A stretch of DNA of 64,000 bases, taken from assembly GCA_964499365.1 (NCBI GenBank), contig CAZCKU010000014.1:27136-91135 (forward strand). Reading direction: 5' to 3'. The DNA comes from an uncultured Thermodesulfovibrio sp. GTDB taxonomy: Bacteria > Nitrospirota > Thermodesulfovibrionia > Thermodesulfovibrionales > UBA6898. A program made the position numbers and the translations under genes. Under the pieces are notes generated by a model that ran no database searches, was not told where the DNA came from, and saw only the letters and a program-made list of their open reading frames with translations. Below, piece after piece: positions 45,577-55,282 of the stretch (position 1 is the first letter of the stretch; every line of letters begins with the position of its first letter).

Positions 45577-46914
45577 ATGACCGACAACGCGATACTCGTC
45601 GACGGGATCAGCAAGCTCTACCGGATCGGCAGAAAAAAAAGGTCCTATCAGACGCTGCGGGACACCATAGCCGATACCGTCAGCGAGCCATTCAGACGCG
45701 CCGGGCGCATGCTGCGCGGACAGTCGGCGGCAGCCATACAGTCTGACGAGAACATCTGGGCTCTGAAGGACGTATCCTTCGAAATCAGGAAGGGCGAGGT
45801 CGTCGGGTTCATCGGGAGCAACGGGGCCGGCAAGAGCACCCTGCTGAAGGTCCTCTCCCGGATCACCGAGCCGACCGAGGGTTTTGCCGAGATTCGCGGC
45901 CGCGTCGGGTCCCTGCTGGAGGTCGGTACCGGTTTTCATCCAGAACTGACGGGAAGGGAAAACGTCTACCTCAACGGCGCAATCCTGGGAATGAAGCGGG
46001 CGGAGATCAACAGAAAATTCGACGAAATTGTGGCCTTCTCCGAAGTTGAGAAATTTATCGACACCCCGGTCAAGCACTACTCAAGCGGCATGTATCTGCG
46101 GCTGGCCTTTGCCGTGGCGGCGCATCTCGAGCCGGAGATCCTGATCGTCGACGAGGTCCTGGCGGTCGGGGACGCCAGTTTTCAGAAGAAGTGCCAGGAA
46201 AAGATGCGGGACGTTGCGAAAGAGGGCAGGACGGTACTGTTTGTTTCCCATAATATGTACGCCATAAAGCGGCTCTGTGAGAGGGCGATCATGCTGACCG
46301 GGGGCCGTGTCATGAAGGATGGGCCGGCCCAGCACGTTGTCAGCGCCTACCTGAATGCCGGCCGAGATACAACTGCGCAGCGCGTGTGGCCGGATATCTC
46401 CAAGGCTCCCGGGAACGAAGTGGTCAGGCTGTTATCGGTGAAGGTGAAGACGGAAGACGATCTTGTGACAGAGGTCGTTGATATACGGAAACCGGTCGGC
46501 ATCGAAATGGAATATGAGGTGCTCCGGCCGGGGTATGTCCTTGTCCCCTATTATCACTTCATCAATGACGAGGGCGTGTTCTGTTTTGAGGTGCTCGATA
46601 ACGAAGCCGGATGGCGGCAGCGCCCCCGGCCTGAAGGCCGTTACGCCACCACTGCCTGGATCCCGGGCAATCTGCTGTCGGAAGGCAAGCTCATCGTGTA
46701 TGCGGCCATTATTACCATAGAACCGCGGATATTGCATGTCAACGAGACCGACGTCGTCGCCTTTGATGTGGTGGACAGCTGTGAAGGTGATTCCGCGCGG
46801 GGAGATTATATGGGAGTCATGACGTCGGCAGTGAGACCGCTCCTTCACTGGAGTACACAGAGCAGGCAGAACGGGCGTCAGCCCCATACTCAGAACTATG
46901 ACTGCCGCGTCTGA
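45577..46914 (+). CDS. wzt: polysaccharide export ABC ATPase with a C-terminal glycan-binding-type domain
   Basis: Track ORF 45010..46914 trimmed to the ATG at 45577 (MTDNAILVDGISKLY). GSNGAGKST Walker A; YSSGMYLRLAF signature; ILIVDE Walker B. An extra ~190 aa follow the NBD. Confidence 0.85.
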   Translation: MTDNAILVDGISKLYRIGRKKRSYQTLRDTIADTVSEPFRRAGRMLRGQSAAAIQSDENIWALKDVSFEIRKGEVVGFIGSNGAGKSTLLKVLSRITEPTEGFAEIRGRVGSLLEVGTGFHPELTGRENVYLNGAILGMKRAEINRKFDEIVAFSEVEKFIDTPVKHYSSGMYLRLAFAVAAHLEPEILIVDEVLAVGDASFQKKCQEKMRDVAKEGRTVLFVSHNMYAIKRLCERAIMLTGGRVMKDGPAQHVVSAYLNAGRDTTAQRVWPDISKAPGNEVVRLLSVKVKTEDDLVTEVVDIRKPVGIEMEYEVLRPGYVLVPYYHFINDEGVFCFEVLDNEAGWRQRPRPEGRYATTAWIPGNLLSEGKLIVYAAIITIEPRILHVNETDVVAFDVVDSCEGDSARGDYMGVMTSAVRPLLHWSTQSRQNGRQPHTQNYDCRV

Positions 46915-47763
46915 GTGATACAGCACATGAACGCGATATTCGATAAATCCATATTGGTTGCAGCACATCCGGACGACGAGGTGCTCTGGAGCAGTTCAAT
47001 TCTAACCAGCGTCGATGAGATCGTGCTCTGTTTCCTTGGAATTGAGTCCGAGCCGGAGACGCAGCAGGGCAGACAAAGCAGTCTCGGGGCCTATCCGCTC
47101 AGGAACGTCAGCTGCCTGGGGCTGGACGAGGCCGGGACCTTTTATGGCGTAGACTGGAATGATCCTGTCCTGACCCCCTACGGCATAAAGATAACGGACA
47201 GGAAATATCCTGACAAGGCATACCGGGAAAATTACCACCGGTTGAAAGATCAGTTGCGGCACAGGCTCTCCGGTTACTCGAATGTCTTTACGCATAACCC
47301 CTGGGGCGAATACGGCAATGACGAACATATTCAGGTTTACCGGGCAGTCAGGGATCTGCAGGGATCAATGGGGTTTAAGATCTGGTATTCAAACTATGCC
47401 AGCAACAAATCATTCAGACTGATGGTGGACTACCTGAATACCTCCGAACTTGAATATGTAATCATGCAGACGAATAGAGAACTGGCGCATACCGTGAAAA
47501 GCCTGTATACCGCCCATCACTGCTGGACCTGGTACGATGACTGGCAATGGCAGGCTGAGGAGGCCTTCATCAGTGATACGGGTGAAAGCCATAGGGCGGT
47601 GCGGTCCCGCTGTGCCGTTCCGATAAACATGATCAGGGTCTGGCTGCCGGCGGTACCGAAGACAGCAGGCCTGTTTCAGCGCGACCCGCTCAGCAGGATA
47701 CGCAGCTGCAGTATGATGAGCAGAATCGCGGAGACTGTTTCCCTCAACCATAAAAACATCTGA
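46915..47763 (+). CDS. PIG-L/LmbE-family deacetylase-like protein
   Basis: ILVAAHPDDEVLW motif and downstream GNDEH. The start could be the GTG at 46915 or the ATG at 46927. Confidence 0.6.
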   Translation: MIQHMNAIFDKSILVAAHPDDEVLWSSSILTSVDEIVLCFLGIESEPETQQGRQSSLGAYPLRNVSCLGLDEAGTFYGVDWNDPVLTPYGIKITDRKYPDKAYRENYHRLKDQLRHRLSGYSNVFTHNPWGEYGNDEHIQVYRAVRDLQGSMGFKIWYSNYASNKSFRLMVDYLNTSELEYVIMQTNRELAHTVKSLYTAHHCWTWYDDWQWQAEEAFISDTGESHRAVRSRCAVPINMIRVWLPAVPKTAGLFQRDPLSRIRSCSMMSRIAETVSLNHKNI

Positions 47764-47783
47764 AAAAGGACAGGGACAATATC

Positions 47784-49004
47784 ATGAACATACCGCTATC
47801 CTCTCCCGACATAACACACAGTGAAATTCAGGTGCTGGTGGACGTCCTGAAATCGGCCCGTCTGAGCCTCGGCCCCCGGCTCCAGGAATTTGAGGAGAAG
47901 CTTGCTGCATACATCGGAGCAAAATATGCGGTGGCTGTCAACAGCGGTACCTCCGGTCTGCATCTGGCAATAAAGAGTCTGGGCATCGGCCACGAGGATG
48001 CGGTGATCACGACGCCGTTCAGTTTCATAGCCTCTGCCAACTGCATGCTGTATGAAAAGGCCCTTCCGGTATTTGTGGATATCGACCCGAAGACCTTTAA
48101 TATCGATCCGGAGAAGGTCCGGGACTATCTGGCGGAGAACTGCAGCAGAGACCCGAAGACCGGGCTGCCGGTTGATAAGAGAACTGGCAGGTTTATCAGG
48201 GCCATACTTCCGGTCCATGTGTTCGGGCTGCCCTGTGCCATGAAAGACATTCTGGAAATCGCCGGTGAGTACAACCTGTATGTGATCGAGGACGCCTGCG
48301 AATCCATTGGGGCGGAATACCACGGGAAGAAAGTGGGTATTATCGGGGATATCGGCGTGTTTGCCTTCTATCCCAACAAGCAGATAACGACCGGAGAGGG
48401 TGGCATGATCCTGACGAACAACGAAAATATCGCACTCCTCTGCAAGAGCCTCCGCAATCAGGGTCGGGACAACTATGGCGGCTGGCTGGCGCACGAGCGG
48501 CTCGGGTATAACTACCGGATGAGTGATATCAACTGCGCCCTGGGCAGCTCCCAGTTGGACAGAATCGGCGAGATTCTGGAGAAAAGGGAAAAGGTCGCCG
48601 CCCGATACAACAGGCAATTAAAGGATCTTGTCGCCATTCCGGGGACCTTCAGGGGTCTGAAGAGAAGCTGGTTTGTGTATGTGGTATGCCTGCCGGACAA
48701 CTGCTCCATGGAAACAAGGGATGCTGTCCTGGCTGAGCTGACGAAGAAGGGTATTGGCTGCAACAACTATTTCCCTCCGATTCATCTGCAGCCGTTTTAT
48801 CGCAAGGAACTGCACTATCGCGAAGGCGACTTCAGCATCACCGAGAAAGTCTCCCGACGGACGATTGCGCTGCCCTTTCACAATAACCTGAAGAAAGATG
48901 AGATCCAATACGTTGCCGACAGTCTGCGGGAGCTGCTGCAGGGCAGCGGCTCAAAGGTCAAGGGTCTGGATCTCGCAGCAGCGGTCGCACCAGGATGTAT
49001 CTGA
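47784..49004 (+). CDS. DegT-family aminotransferase (third copy)
   Basis: IPLSSPDITHSEI...NSGTSGLHLA...FYPNKQITTGEGG (PLP lysine). Confidence 0.85.
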   Translation: MNIPLSSPDITHSEIQVLVDVLKSARLSLGPRLQEFEEKLAAYIGAKYAVAVNSGTSGLHLAIKSLGIGHEDAVITTPFSFIASANCMLYEKALPVFVDIDPKTFNIDPEKVRDYLAENCSRDPKTGLPVDKRTGRFIRAILPVHVFGLPCAMKDILEIAGEYNLYVIEDACESIGAEYHGKKVGIIGDIGVFAFYPNKQITTGEGGMILTNNENIALLCKSLRNQGRDNYGGWLAHERLGYNYRMSDINCALGSSQLDRIGEILEKREKVAARYNRQLKDLVAIPGTFRGLKRSWFVYVVCLPDNCSMETRDAVLAELTKKGIGCNNYFPPIHLQPFYRKELHYREGDFSITEKVSRRTIALPFHNNLKKDEIQYVADSLRELLQGSGSKVKGLDLAAAVAPGCI

Positions 49005-49011
49005 ATACGGA

Positions 49012-50265
49012 ATGGCCTTGAAAACGATACTAAAAAAGATATTCAGAAGCGCCGGGCTCGAGGTAACCCGATACCGTCCGGTCAGGCAATCTGGGTTCGA
49101 CCCCCTGAGCCATGCAGAAGATTGCATCAGTCTGAAAACGGAAGTTCGGCGACATGGCAGCATGCTGCTGTCGTTCATGACGGAGCCCTTCATGGCAGGT
49201 CCGGAAAAAAAGATATCCAACGCGCATACCAATCCGGGCGACTCGCTGCAGATTGCGGAAACATTCCTGGGACTCGGCTATGACGTTGATGTGATCCATT
49301 ACCGGAACGGGACCTTTGTTCCCCGGGCCGACTATGACTTCTTTGTCGGGGCCCGCACCAACTTTGCCAGGATTGCAAGGCATCTCGGCAGCGGGTGTGT
49401 CAAGATAGTCCACCTGGACACCGCCCACTGGGTCTTCAATAACTACGCCTCGTACAGGAGGACACTCGACCTGCAGCAGAGAAAGGGCGTAACGATTCCG
49501 GAAAGCCAGAGGATTATCGAACAGAATCTCGCGATCGAATATGCCGACTATGCCACGATCGTGGGCAATGCGTTCACCGCCGGCACCTATGAATATGCGA
49601 ATAAAGCGATCTTCAAGATCCCCCATACCACCTGTGATACCTATCCCTGGTTTCAGGGCAAGCAGTTTGAATCCTGCCGGAGGACCTACCTGTGGCTCGG
49701 GAGCCACGGCTTTGTCCACAAGGGACTCGACCTGGTGCTCGATGCCTTTGCCGGCATGCCTGATTATCAACTCTTTGTCTGCGGACCGATTGACAAAGAG
49801 CCGGATTTTCAACGCGTTTATCACACGGAACTGTATCAGACTCCCCATATCCGGACGATAGGCTGGGTTGATGTCAGCGGTCCTGAATTTGGCTCAATCC
49901 TGAACCAGTGTGTCGGGATCATCTATCCCTCCTGCTCTGAGGCAGGTGCCGGGAATGCGATAACCTGCATGCATGCAGGAATCATTCCCCTCCTCAGTTA
50001 TGAATCCGGCACTGATCTGCCGGATGATTGCGGCATAATCCTTGAGGACTGCGCGATAGAGACGATCAGGAAGACGGTCCGGTCGCTTTCGGCAGTGCCC
50101 CCCGAACGACTGCGGCAGATGTCACACAAGGCCAGGGAGTTTGCGAGGCTGCATCATACCCGGGTGAGATTTGCAGAGGAATATACCAGGGTCATTCAAC
50201 AGATCGCGGAAGAAAACGGAAAACAGCTCTGTCGGCACGGCGAAGCAGCGATATCGATCGGCTGA
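49012..50265 (+). CDS. glycosyltransferase (GT-B fold, GT4-like C-terminal half)
   Basis: Trimmed to the ATG at 49012 (MALKTILKK). The C-terminal GWVDVSGPEF...IYPSCSEAGAGNAITCMHAGIIPL resembles a GT1/GT4 nucleotide-sugar binding half. Confidence 0.6.
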   Translation: MALKTILKKIFRSAGLEVTRYRPVRQSGFDPLSHAEDCISLKTEVRRHGSMLLSFMTEPFMAGPEKKISNAHTNPGDSLQIAETFLGLGYDVDVIHYRNGTFVPRADYDFFVGARTNFARIARHLGSGCVKIVHLDTAHWVFNNYASYRRTLDLQQRKGVTIPESQRIIEQNLAIEYADYATIVGNAFTAGTYEYANKAIFKIPHTTCDTYPWFQGKQFESCRRTYLWLGSHGFVHKGLDLVLDAFAGMPDYQLFVCGPIDKEPDFQRVYHTELYQTPHIRTIGWVDVSGPEFGSILNQCVGIIYPSCSEAGAGNAITCMHAGIIPLLSYESGTDLPDDCGIILEDCAIETIRKTVRSLSAVPPERLRQMSHKAREFARLHHTRVRFAEEYTRVIQQIAEENGKQLCRHGEAAISIG

Positions 50266-50333
50266 CACGACTTCACCATACGATCAAGGTATCTTTCTAT
50301 TAACCGACAAACAAATCACGAAAGGAAACGGCC

Positions 50334-53300
50334 ATGAAAAACCAGCGGGTACCAGGATTGATAGCGTTCTTTATCGTATTGATGTGTCTCTTTAGCTGTC
50401 CGTCGGGAGTGCCCGCACAGACCGAGGGGTGTCCATCCGGAATCAGTCATTATTGGAAACTCGACGGCAGCAGTTCGCCCTATGCGGACTTCTATGGCGC
50501 CAATGCGGCTGTATGCACAAATTGCCCGGCAGCGACCATCGGCATCATCAATGGTGCACAGCAGTTCAGTGCAGAGAGCCTTCTGAGTGTCGTCGATGAT
50601 GATTCGTTCGACTGGGGTCTCAACGACAGTTTCTCTATTGAATTCTGGATGAACAGTGGTTCGTGCACCACGACGCAGGTAATGGTCGGCAGAAATGACG
50701 GCGGCAGCCCCCTGCTCTGGTATGCAGCCTGCACTGCCGGCAAGGTCGAGGTCTATTTCAGCGATGCAGCCGGAAATATCAGCGAGGCAACGGGTACAAC
50801 GGATATCGCAAATGGCAGCTGGAACCATATCGTTGCGGTGATGGATACGGCAACGAATGAGCTGCGTGTGTATGTAAACGGCGCAATCGAGCAGTCCGTG
50901 GCCACCTCCTTCAGCGGAGGCTTCGGTTCCTCGGCCCCGCTGAATATCGGCTGGATTAATCTCGCGGACGGCTATCATTTCTCAGGAATGCTGGATGAAG
51001 TTTCACTGTATAACAGGGTGCTGTCAGAGAGCGAGATCCGGCAGCATCACCGCGACGGCTCTATTGGCCTGGGCTGGGGCTATTGCGGCTGTGCCAGCCC
51101 TGCGAGGATCATGCCTCTGGGCGACTCGATCACCTACGGTGAGCCTCCGGACGATCCCATACTGGTTGCCGGCTATCGCAAGCCCCTGTATCAGACACTC
51201 TTTAATTCCGGCTATTCCTTTGACTTTGTGGGAAGCCTGCAGCACGGAGACAGTGCATTGTTTGATATTGACCATGAGGGCCACGGCGGCTGGGGGGCCA
51301 AGGCAGACAGGGGCTACGGCGGCGGCATTGCTCCCACGGTGCAGCAGTTCCTGACCGACCATCCCGCCGATGTGGTGCTGCTCCATATCGGCACGAACGA
51401 TATATCTGACGGCACGCAGAACGTCAACGACATAGCCGAAATACTCGACAACATCGACTTGATCAGCGAAAACATCGTGGTCGTCCTTGGACTGATCATC
51501 AACCGTACCGACGGGACCGATAAGGTCCTCGCAACGACGCAGTTCAATGATGACGTCGAAGCGATGGCAACGTCCCGCATTGCAGCCGGAGACCGGATCA
51601 TCATCGTCGACCATGAGACCGCCCTGAACTATGCCATGGACCTCGACGGCACGCTCCATCCGAATGCTGCGGGATATGCAAAGATGGCAGATGTCTGGAG
51701 TCAGGCACTGTCTGATATTCTGCCGCTGTGCGGCGAGACACCTCCCCTTATTGTCTCGGCCGCCAATACAGCAGCGTATGACGAATGGCCTTATTTCTAC
51801 GACGTTGCTGCCACGGGGTTCCCCTCTCCCACGTTTAGCCTTGTGACCGCGCCTTCGACCATGACGATAAATTCCAGTACAGGCCTGATTTCATGGATAC
51901 CCTCCAGCACCGGCAACTACAATGTCGCGGTCAAGGCCTCAAACACGCAGGGGGAATTTACGCAAAACTTCACGATACAGGTCGGAGACCCCTGGGCCTG
52001 TTCCTCGGAGATGATGTCTCATTACTGGAAGTTCGGTGAGGCAGCAGGACCAACCTATGAGGACGTGTTCGGCTTCAGCGATGCCACCTGCACCAATTGC
52101 CCGACCGCGGCAGAAGGTGTTGTCGGCGGCGGTCAGCAGTTCGATTCGGCGACCGAGCTGGGCGCAGACCTTGGTACTACGGCGAATTGGGGAGTTAACG
52201 ACAGTTTTTCGGTCGAGTTCTGGCTGAAGACCGCTGACTGCTCAGGAACGCAGGTCCTGGCCGGAAGAAATGACAGTTCGACCTCGCTGCACTGGTACGT
52301 AGCCTGCTCCGGGGGCAACATGGAGATATACCTGCGCGACACCGGGGGTGTCAGCAGCGATGTGGTCGGCATAAGAAATATTGCGGATGATACCTGGCAC
52401 CACGTTGCCGCGGTGAGAGATGCCGCAACAAAGGAGCTGAGCATATACGTTGACGGGAAGAGAGAGAACTCTATCAGAACGTCCTTCAAAAACGGATTCA
52501 CTTCAACGGTGCCATTCAATATCGGCTGGATTGATATGTCGCACGGCTATCACTTTGCCGGAGTCCTCGACGCCCTGGCCCTGTATAACAAGGCCCTGTC
52601 GGACGAGGAAATTCTGCAGCACTATCATAACGGGACGATCGGCACCGGGTACTGCAACGAGTATTCTTATGTAACACCGTCGGTCGGCTCCAACGGCAGC
52701 ATCAGCCCGGCGACAAAACAGAAGGTGAAGTACAGCAGGACCATAGCCTTCACCGTAACGCCGAACAACGGGTACCATATAAACTCTGTGACAGGCTGCA
52801 ACGGCACGCTTGTCGATAACACCTATACCACGGGTCCGATTACCGCTGACTGCAACGTCATCGCAACCTTTGCGTACGGGTCGGCAACAAATATCGTGAC
52901 ACCGTCGGCAGGAGCCAACGGCAACATCAGCCCGAACTCCCCGCAGACGATCGATTATGGCGAGACGACTGCCTTTACCGTCACCCCTGATACCGGGTAT
53001 CATGTTGTAGCTGTCACGGGTTGCGGGGGAACGCTCGTTGGAGACACCTACACCACAGGCCCGATAATCGCAGACTGCGGCGTATCGGCAAGCTTTGCGA
53101 TCAATACCTACACCGTGACGCCGTCGGCAGGAGCCAACGGCAGCATCAGCCCGGACACCCCGCAGACGGTCAACTACAACGACACCATATCCTTTACCGT
53201 AACTCCGGCTGCAGGCAGTCACCTTGTATCTGTCACGGGCTGCAGCGGTACGCTGGATGGAGATACCTACACAACCGCTCCTGTGACGGACGATTGTGCT

Positions 53301-53588
53301 GTTGCCGCGACCTTCGAGGTTAACGGGACCGTAAAGAGGGTGTCAGGAGCTGCAGTTTCCTTCTTCTCTTCCCTGCAGGCGGCATACAATGTCGCGTCGA
53401 GCGGTGACAGCATTCAGAGCCAGGAGACGACCCTGACGGAGAGCATTGATTTCGCCTTCGAAAGAGTGGTGACGGTGCAGGGAGGCTATGATCAGGAATT
53501 TTCAATTCAAAGCGGTCCAACGACGGTCTCCGGCACGCTGACGATCAGCAGCGGGACTGTGGTACTGGATAATCTGGCAGTCCAGTAA
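50334..53588 (+). CDS. secreted multidomain protein: LamG, SGNH/GDSL esterase, Ig-like, LamG, 3x B-repeat, C-terminal domain
   Basis: Signal peptide. Two paralogous LamG modules (SHYWKLDG... and SHYWKFGE...). SGNH blocks: LGDSITYG, HEGHGGW, GTNDI, D..LHPN. Three tandem ~72-75-aa repeats. Confidence 0.75.
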   Translation: MKNQRVPGLIAFFIVLMCLFSCPSGVPAQTEGCPSGISHYWKLDGSSSPYADFYGANAAVCTNCPAATIGIINGAQQFSAESLLSVVDDDSFDWGLNDSFSIEFWMNSGSCTTTQVMVGRNDGGSPLLWYAACTAGKVEVYFSDAAGNISEATGTTDIANGSWNHIVAVMDTATNELRVYVNGAIEQSVATSFSGGFGSSAPLNIGWINLADGYHFSGMLDEVSLYNRVLSESEIRQHHRDGSIGLGWGYCGCASPARIMPLGDSITYGEPPDDPILVAGYRKPLYQTLFNSGYSFDFVGSLQHGDSALFDIDHEGHGGWGAKADRGYGGGIAPTVQQFLTDHPADVVLLHIGTNDISDGTQNVNDIAEILDNIDLISENIVVVLGLIINRTDGTDKVLATTQFNDDVEAMATSRIAAGDRIIIVDHETALNYAMDLDGTLHPNAAGYAKMADVWSQALSDILPLCGETPPLIVSAANTAAYDEWPYFYDVAATGFPSPTFSLVTAPSTMTINSSTGLISWIPSSTGNYNVAVKASNTQGEFTQNFTIQVGDPWACSSEMMSHYWKFGEAAGPTYEDVFGFSDATCTNCPTAAEGVVGGGQQFDSATELGADLGTTANWGVNDSFSVEFWLKTADCSGTQVLAGRNDSSTSLHWYVACSGGNMEIYLRDTGGVSSDVVGIRNIADDTWHHVAAVRDAATKELSIYVDGKRENSIRTSFKNGFTSTVPFNIGWIDMSHGYHFAGVLDALALYNKALSDEEILQHYHNGTIGTGYCNEYSYVTPSVGSNGSISPATKQKVKYSRTIAFTVTPNNGYHINSVTGCNGTLVDNTYTTGPITADCNVIATFAYGSATNIVTPSAGANGNISPNSPQTIDYGETTAFTVTPDTGYHVVAVTGCGGTLVGDTYTTGPIIADCGVSASFAINTYTVTPSAGANGSISPDTPQTVNYNDTISFTVTPAAGSHLVSVTGCSGTLDGDTYTTAPVTDDCAVAATFEVNGTVKRVSGAAVSFFSSLQAAYNVASSGDSIQSQETTLTESIDFAFERVVTVQGGYDQEFSIQSGPTTVSGTLTISSGTVVLDNLAVQ
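52668..53320 (+). repeat. three tandem coding repeats (~72-75 aa each) inside the LamG/SGNH protein
   Basis: Units begin VTPSVGSNGSISP, VTPSAGANGNISP and VTPSAGANGSISP. Each ends ...YTTGPI.ADC.V.A.F, like divergent InlB B-repeat modules. Confidence 0.8.
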
Positions 53589-53609
53589 GCCGGGAGTCAA
53601 ACGGGGACC

Positions 53610-54329
53610 ATGCTTTCATCGAAGATCAGAAGGCTCTGGGCCCGGGCCTGGATGCGTCTGTCCGGCCCGGGCGGCTTCGGCCGTCTGGCCACCCGTATGG
53701 CCGCGCTGTTTACACCCCCGTACAAGTCGCGCTGCTACCTCGCCTCCTGCACCGCAAAGGGCTACATAGCACCCAATGCCAGAATATTCCACGGCGGTCT
53801 GCAGCTTGGCGAAAATGTCTTCATCGGCGACCGCGTGGTCATTTATCAGGCGAGGGACGGCGGGCCCGTGGAACTCTCCCGGGGCGTCCATATCCACACC
53901 GACACGATCATCGAGACCGGGGAGGGGGGGTGTATCGGGATCGGCGCCCATACCTCGATCCAGCCCCGCTGCCAGTTTTCGGCCTATAAGGCCCCGATCA
54001 GGATCGGCAGCAATGTCCAGATCGCACCCAATTGTGCCTTTTATCCTTACAACCACGCGCTCGGGTCCGATCAGGCCCTGAGGAAACAGCCGCTACAGAC
54101 AAAGGGGGGCATTGTCATCGATGATGACGTGTGGCTTGGCGTCGGGGTGATCGTGCTCGACGGCGTGAAGATCGGCAAGGGCTCTGTTATCGGCGCCGGG
54201 GCGGTTGTTACGCATGATATACCCGAGGGTGCCGTGGCTGTCGGTGTCCCCGCGAGGGTGGTGAAGTTCAGAAGCGGGGCCGGCAATGTTGAGCTGATCG
54301 AATACCGGCATGCGGGAATGCGGTCATGA
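53610..54329 (+). CDS. hexapeptide-repeat O-acetyltransferase (WcaF/maltose acetyltransferase-like)
   Basis: Left-handed beta-helix repeats with VIDDDVWLGVGVIVLDGVKIGKGSVIGAGAVVTHDIPEGAVAVGVPARVV. Confidence 0.75.
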   Translation: MLSSKIRRLWARAWMRLSGPGGFGRLATRMAALFTPPYKSRCYLASCTAKGYIAPNARIFHGGLQLGENVFIGDRVVIYQARDGGPVELSRGVHIHTDTIIETGEGGCIGIGAHTSIQPRCQFSAYKAPIRIGSNVQIAPNCAFYPYNHALGSDQALRKQPLQTKGGIVIDDDVWLGVGVIVLDGVKIGKGSVIGAGAVVTHDIPEGAVAVGVPARVVKFRSGAGNVELIEYRHAGMRS

Positions 54330-55282
54330 GAACTTCCGACCAGCCCCTGGTTGCCGTTCTTACACCGGTCTACAACGGTGAGAAGTATCTTGCGGAATGC
54401 ATCGAAAGCGTCATTCGCCAGACATACGGGAACTGGGAATACCTGATCGTGAACAATTGCAGCACCGACGGCACGCTTGGGATTGCACAGGCATATGCGG
54501 ACAGGGACAGCCGGATCCGGGTCCAGAGCAATGACCGGTTTCTGGGGGTTATCGAGAATCATAATCATACCTTTCGCCTGATGCCGGCGGCAGCCAGCTA
54601 CTGCAAGATACTCCAGGCCGACGACTGGCTCTTTCCTGATTGCCTCGAAAAGATGGTTGCGGTGGCTGAAGAGAACCCCTCGGTCGGACTTGTCGGTTCC
54701 TATCGTCTTGATGACCGATGGGTGAACTGCGATGGCCTGCCGTATCCCAGTACGGTCGTCCCCGGACGGGTGATCTGCCGCTCCACGCTGTACGGCGGTC
54801 CCTATATTTTTGGTTCCCCGTCAACGCATATGATGAAGGCCGATCTCATCCGAAAATATGACCCTGTCTATAATGAAGACAACCTGCACGCGGACAAAGA
54901 GGCCTGTTTTGAACTCTTAAAAGAGTCGGATTTCGGGTTTGTGCACCAGGTCCTCTCTTTTACCCGCCGGGAGAACGAGTCGATGAGCAGGACGTTTGCA
55001 CTGAAATACAGCACCCATATCCTCGGCGATCTCCTCATCGTGAAAAGATACGGGCCGGCCTTTCTTGCCGATGACGAATACCGGAGTCTCCTGGGCAAAA
55101 AACTCAGGCAGTATTATAGATTTCTGGGTGGCAATATCATCAAACGCCGGGACCGGAAATTCTGGGAATATCACCGCGCGGGCCTGAAGGAGCTCGGCTG
55201 CCGGATCGATGCTGCGAAGCTCGTTGGCTACGGGTTTTCGTCTCTGTTCAACAAGACCCTCGATGCCCTCAAAATAGGTTGA
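54326..55282 (+). CDS. family 2 glycosyltransferase
   Basis: VAVLTPVYNGEKYLAECIESVIRQTY.NWEYLIVNNCSTDGT...QADDW (DxD-like). ATGA overlap upstream. Confidence 0.8.
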   Translation: MRTSDQPLVAVLTPVYNGEKYLAECIESVIRQTYGNWEYLIVNNCSTDGTLGIAQAYADRDSRIRVQSNDRFLGVIENHNHTFRLMPAAASYCKILQADDWLFPDCLEKMVAVAEENPSVGLVGSYRLDDRWVNCDGLPYPSTVVPGRVICRSTLYGGPYIFGSPSTHMMKADLIRKYDPVYNEDNLHADKEACFELLKESDFGFVHQVLSFTRRENESMSRTFALKYSTHILGDLLIVKRYGPAFLADDEYRSLLGKKLRQYYRFLGGNIIKRRDRKFWEYHRAGLKELGCRIDAAKLVGYGFSSLFNKTLDALKIG

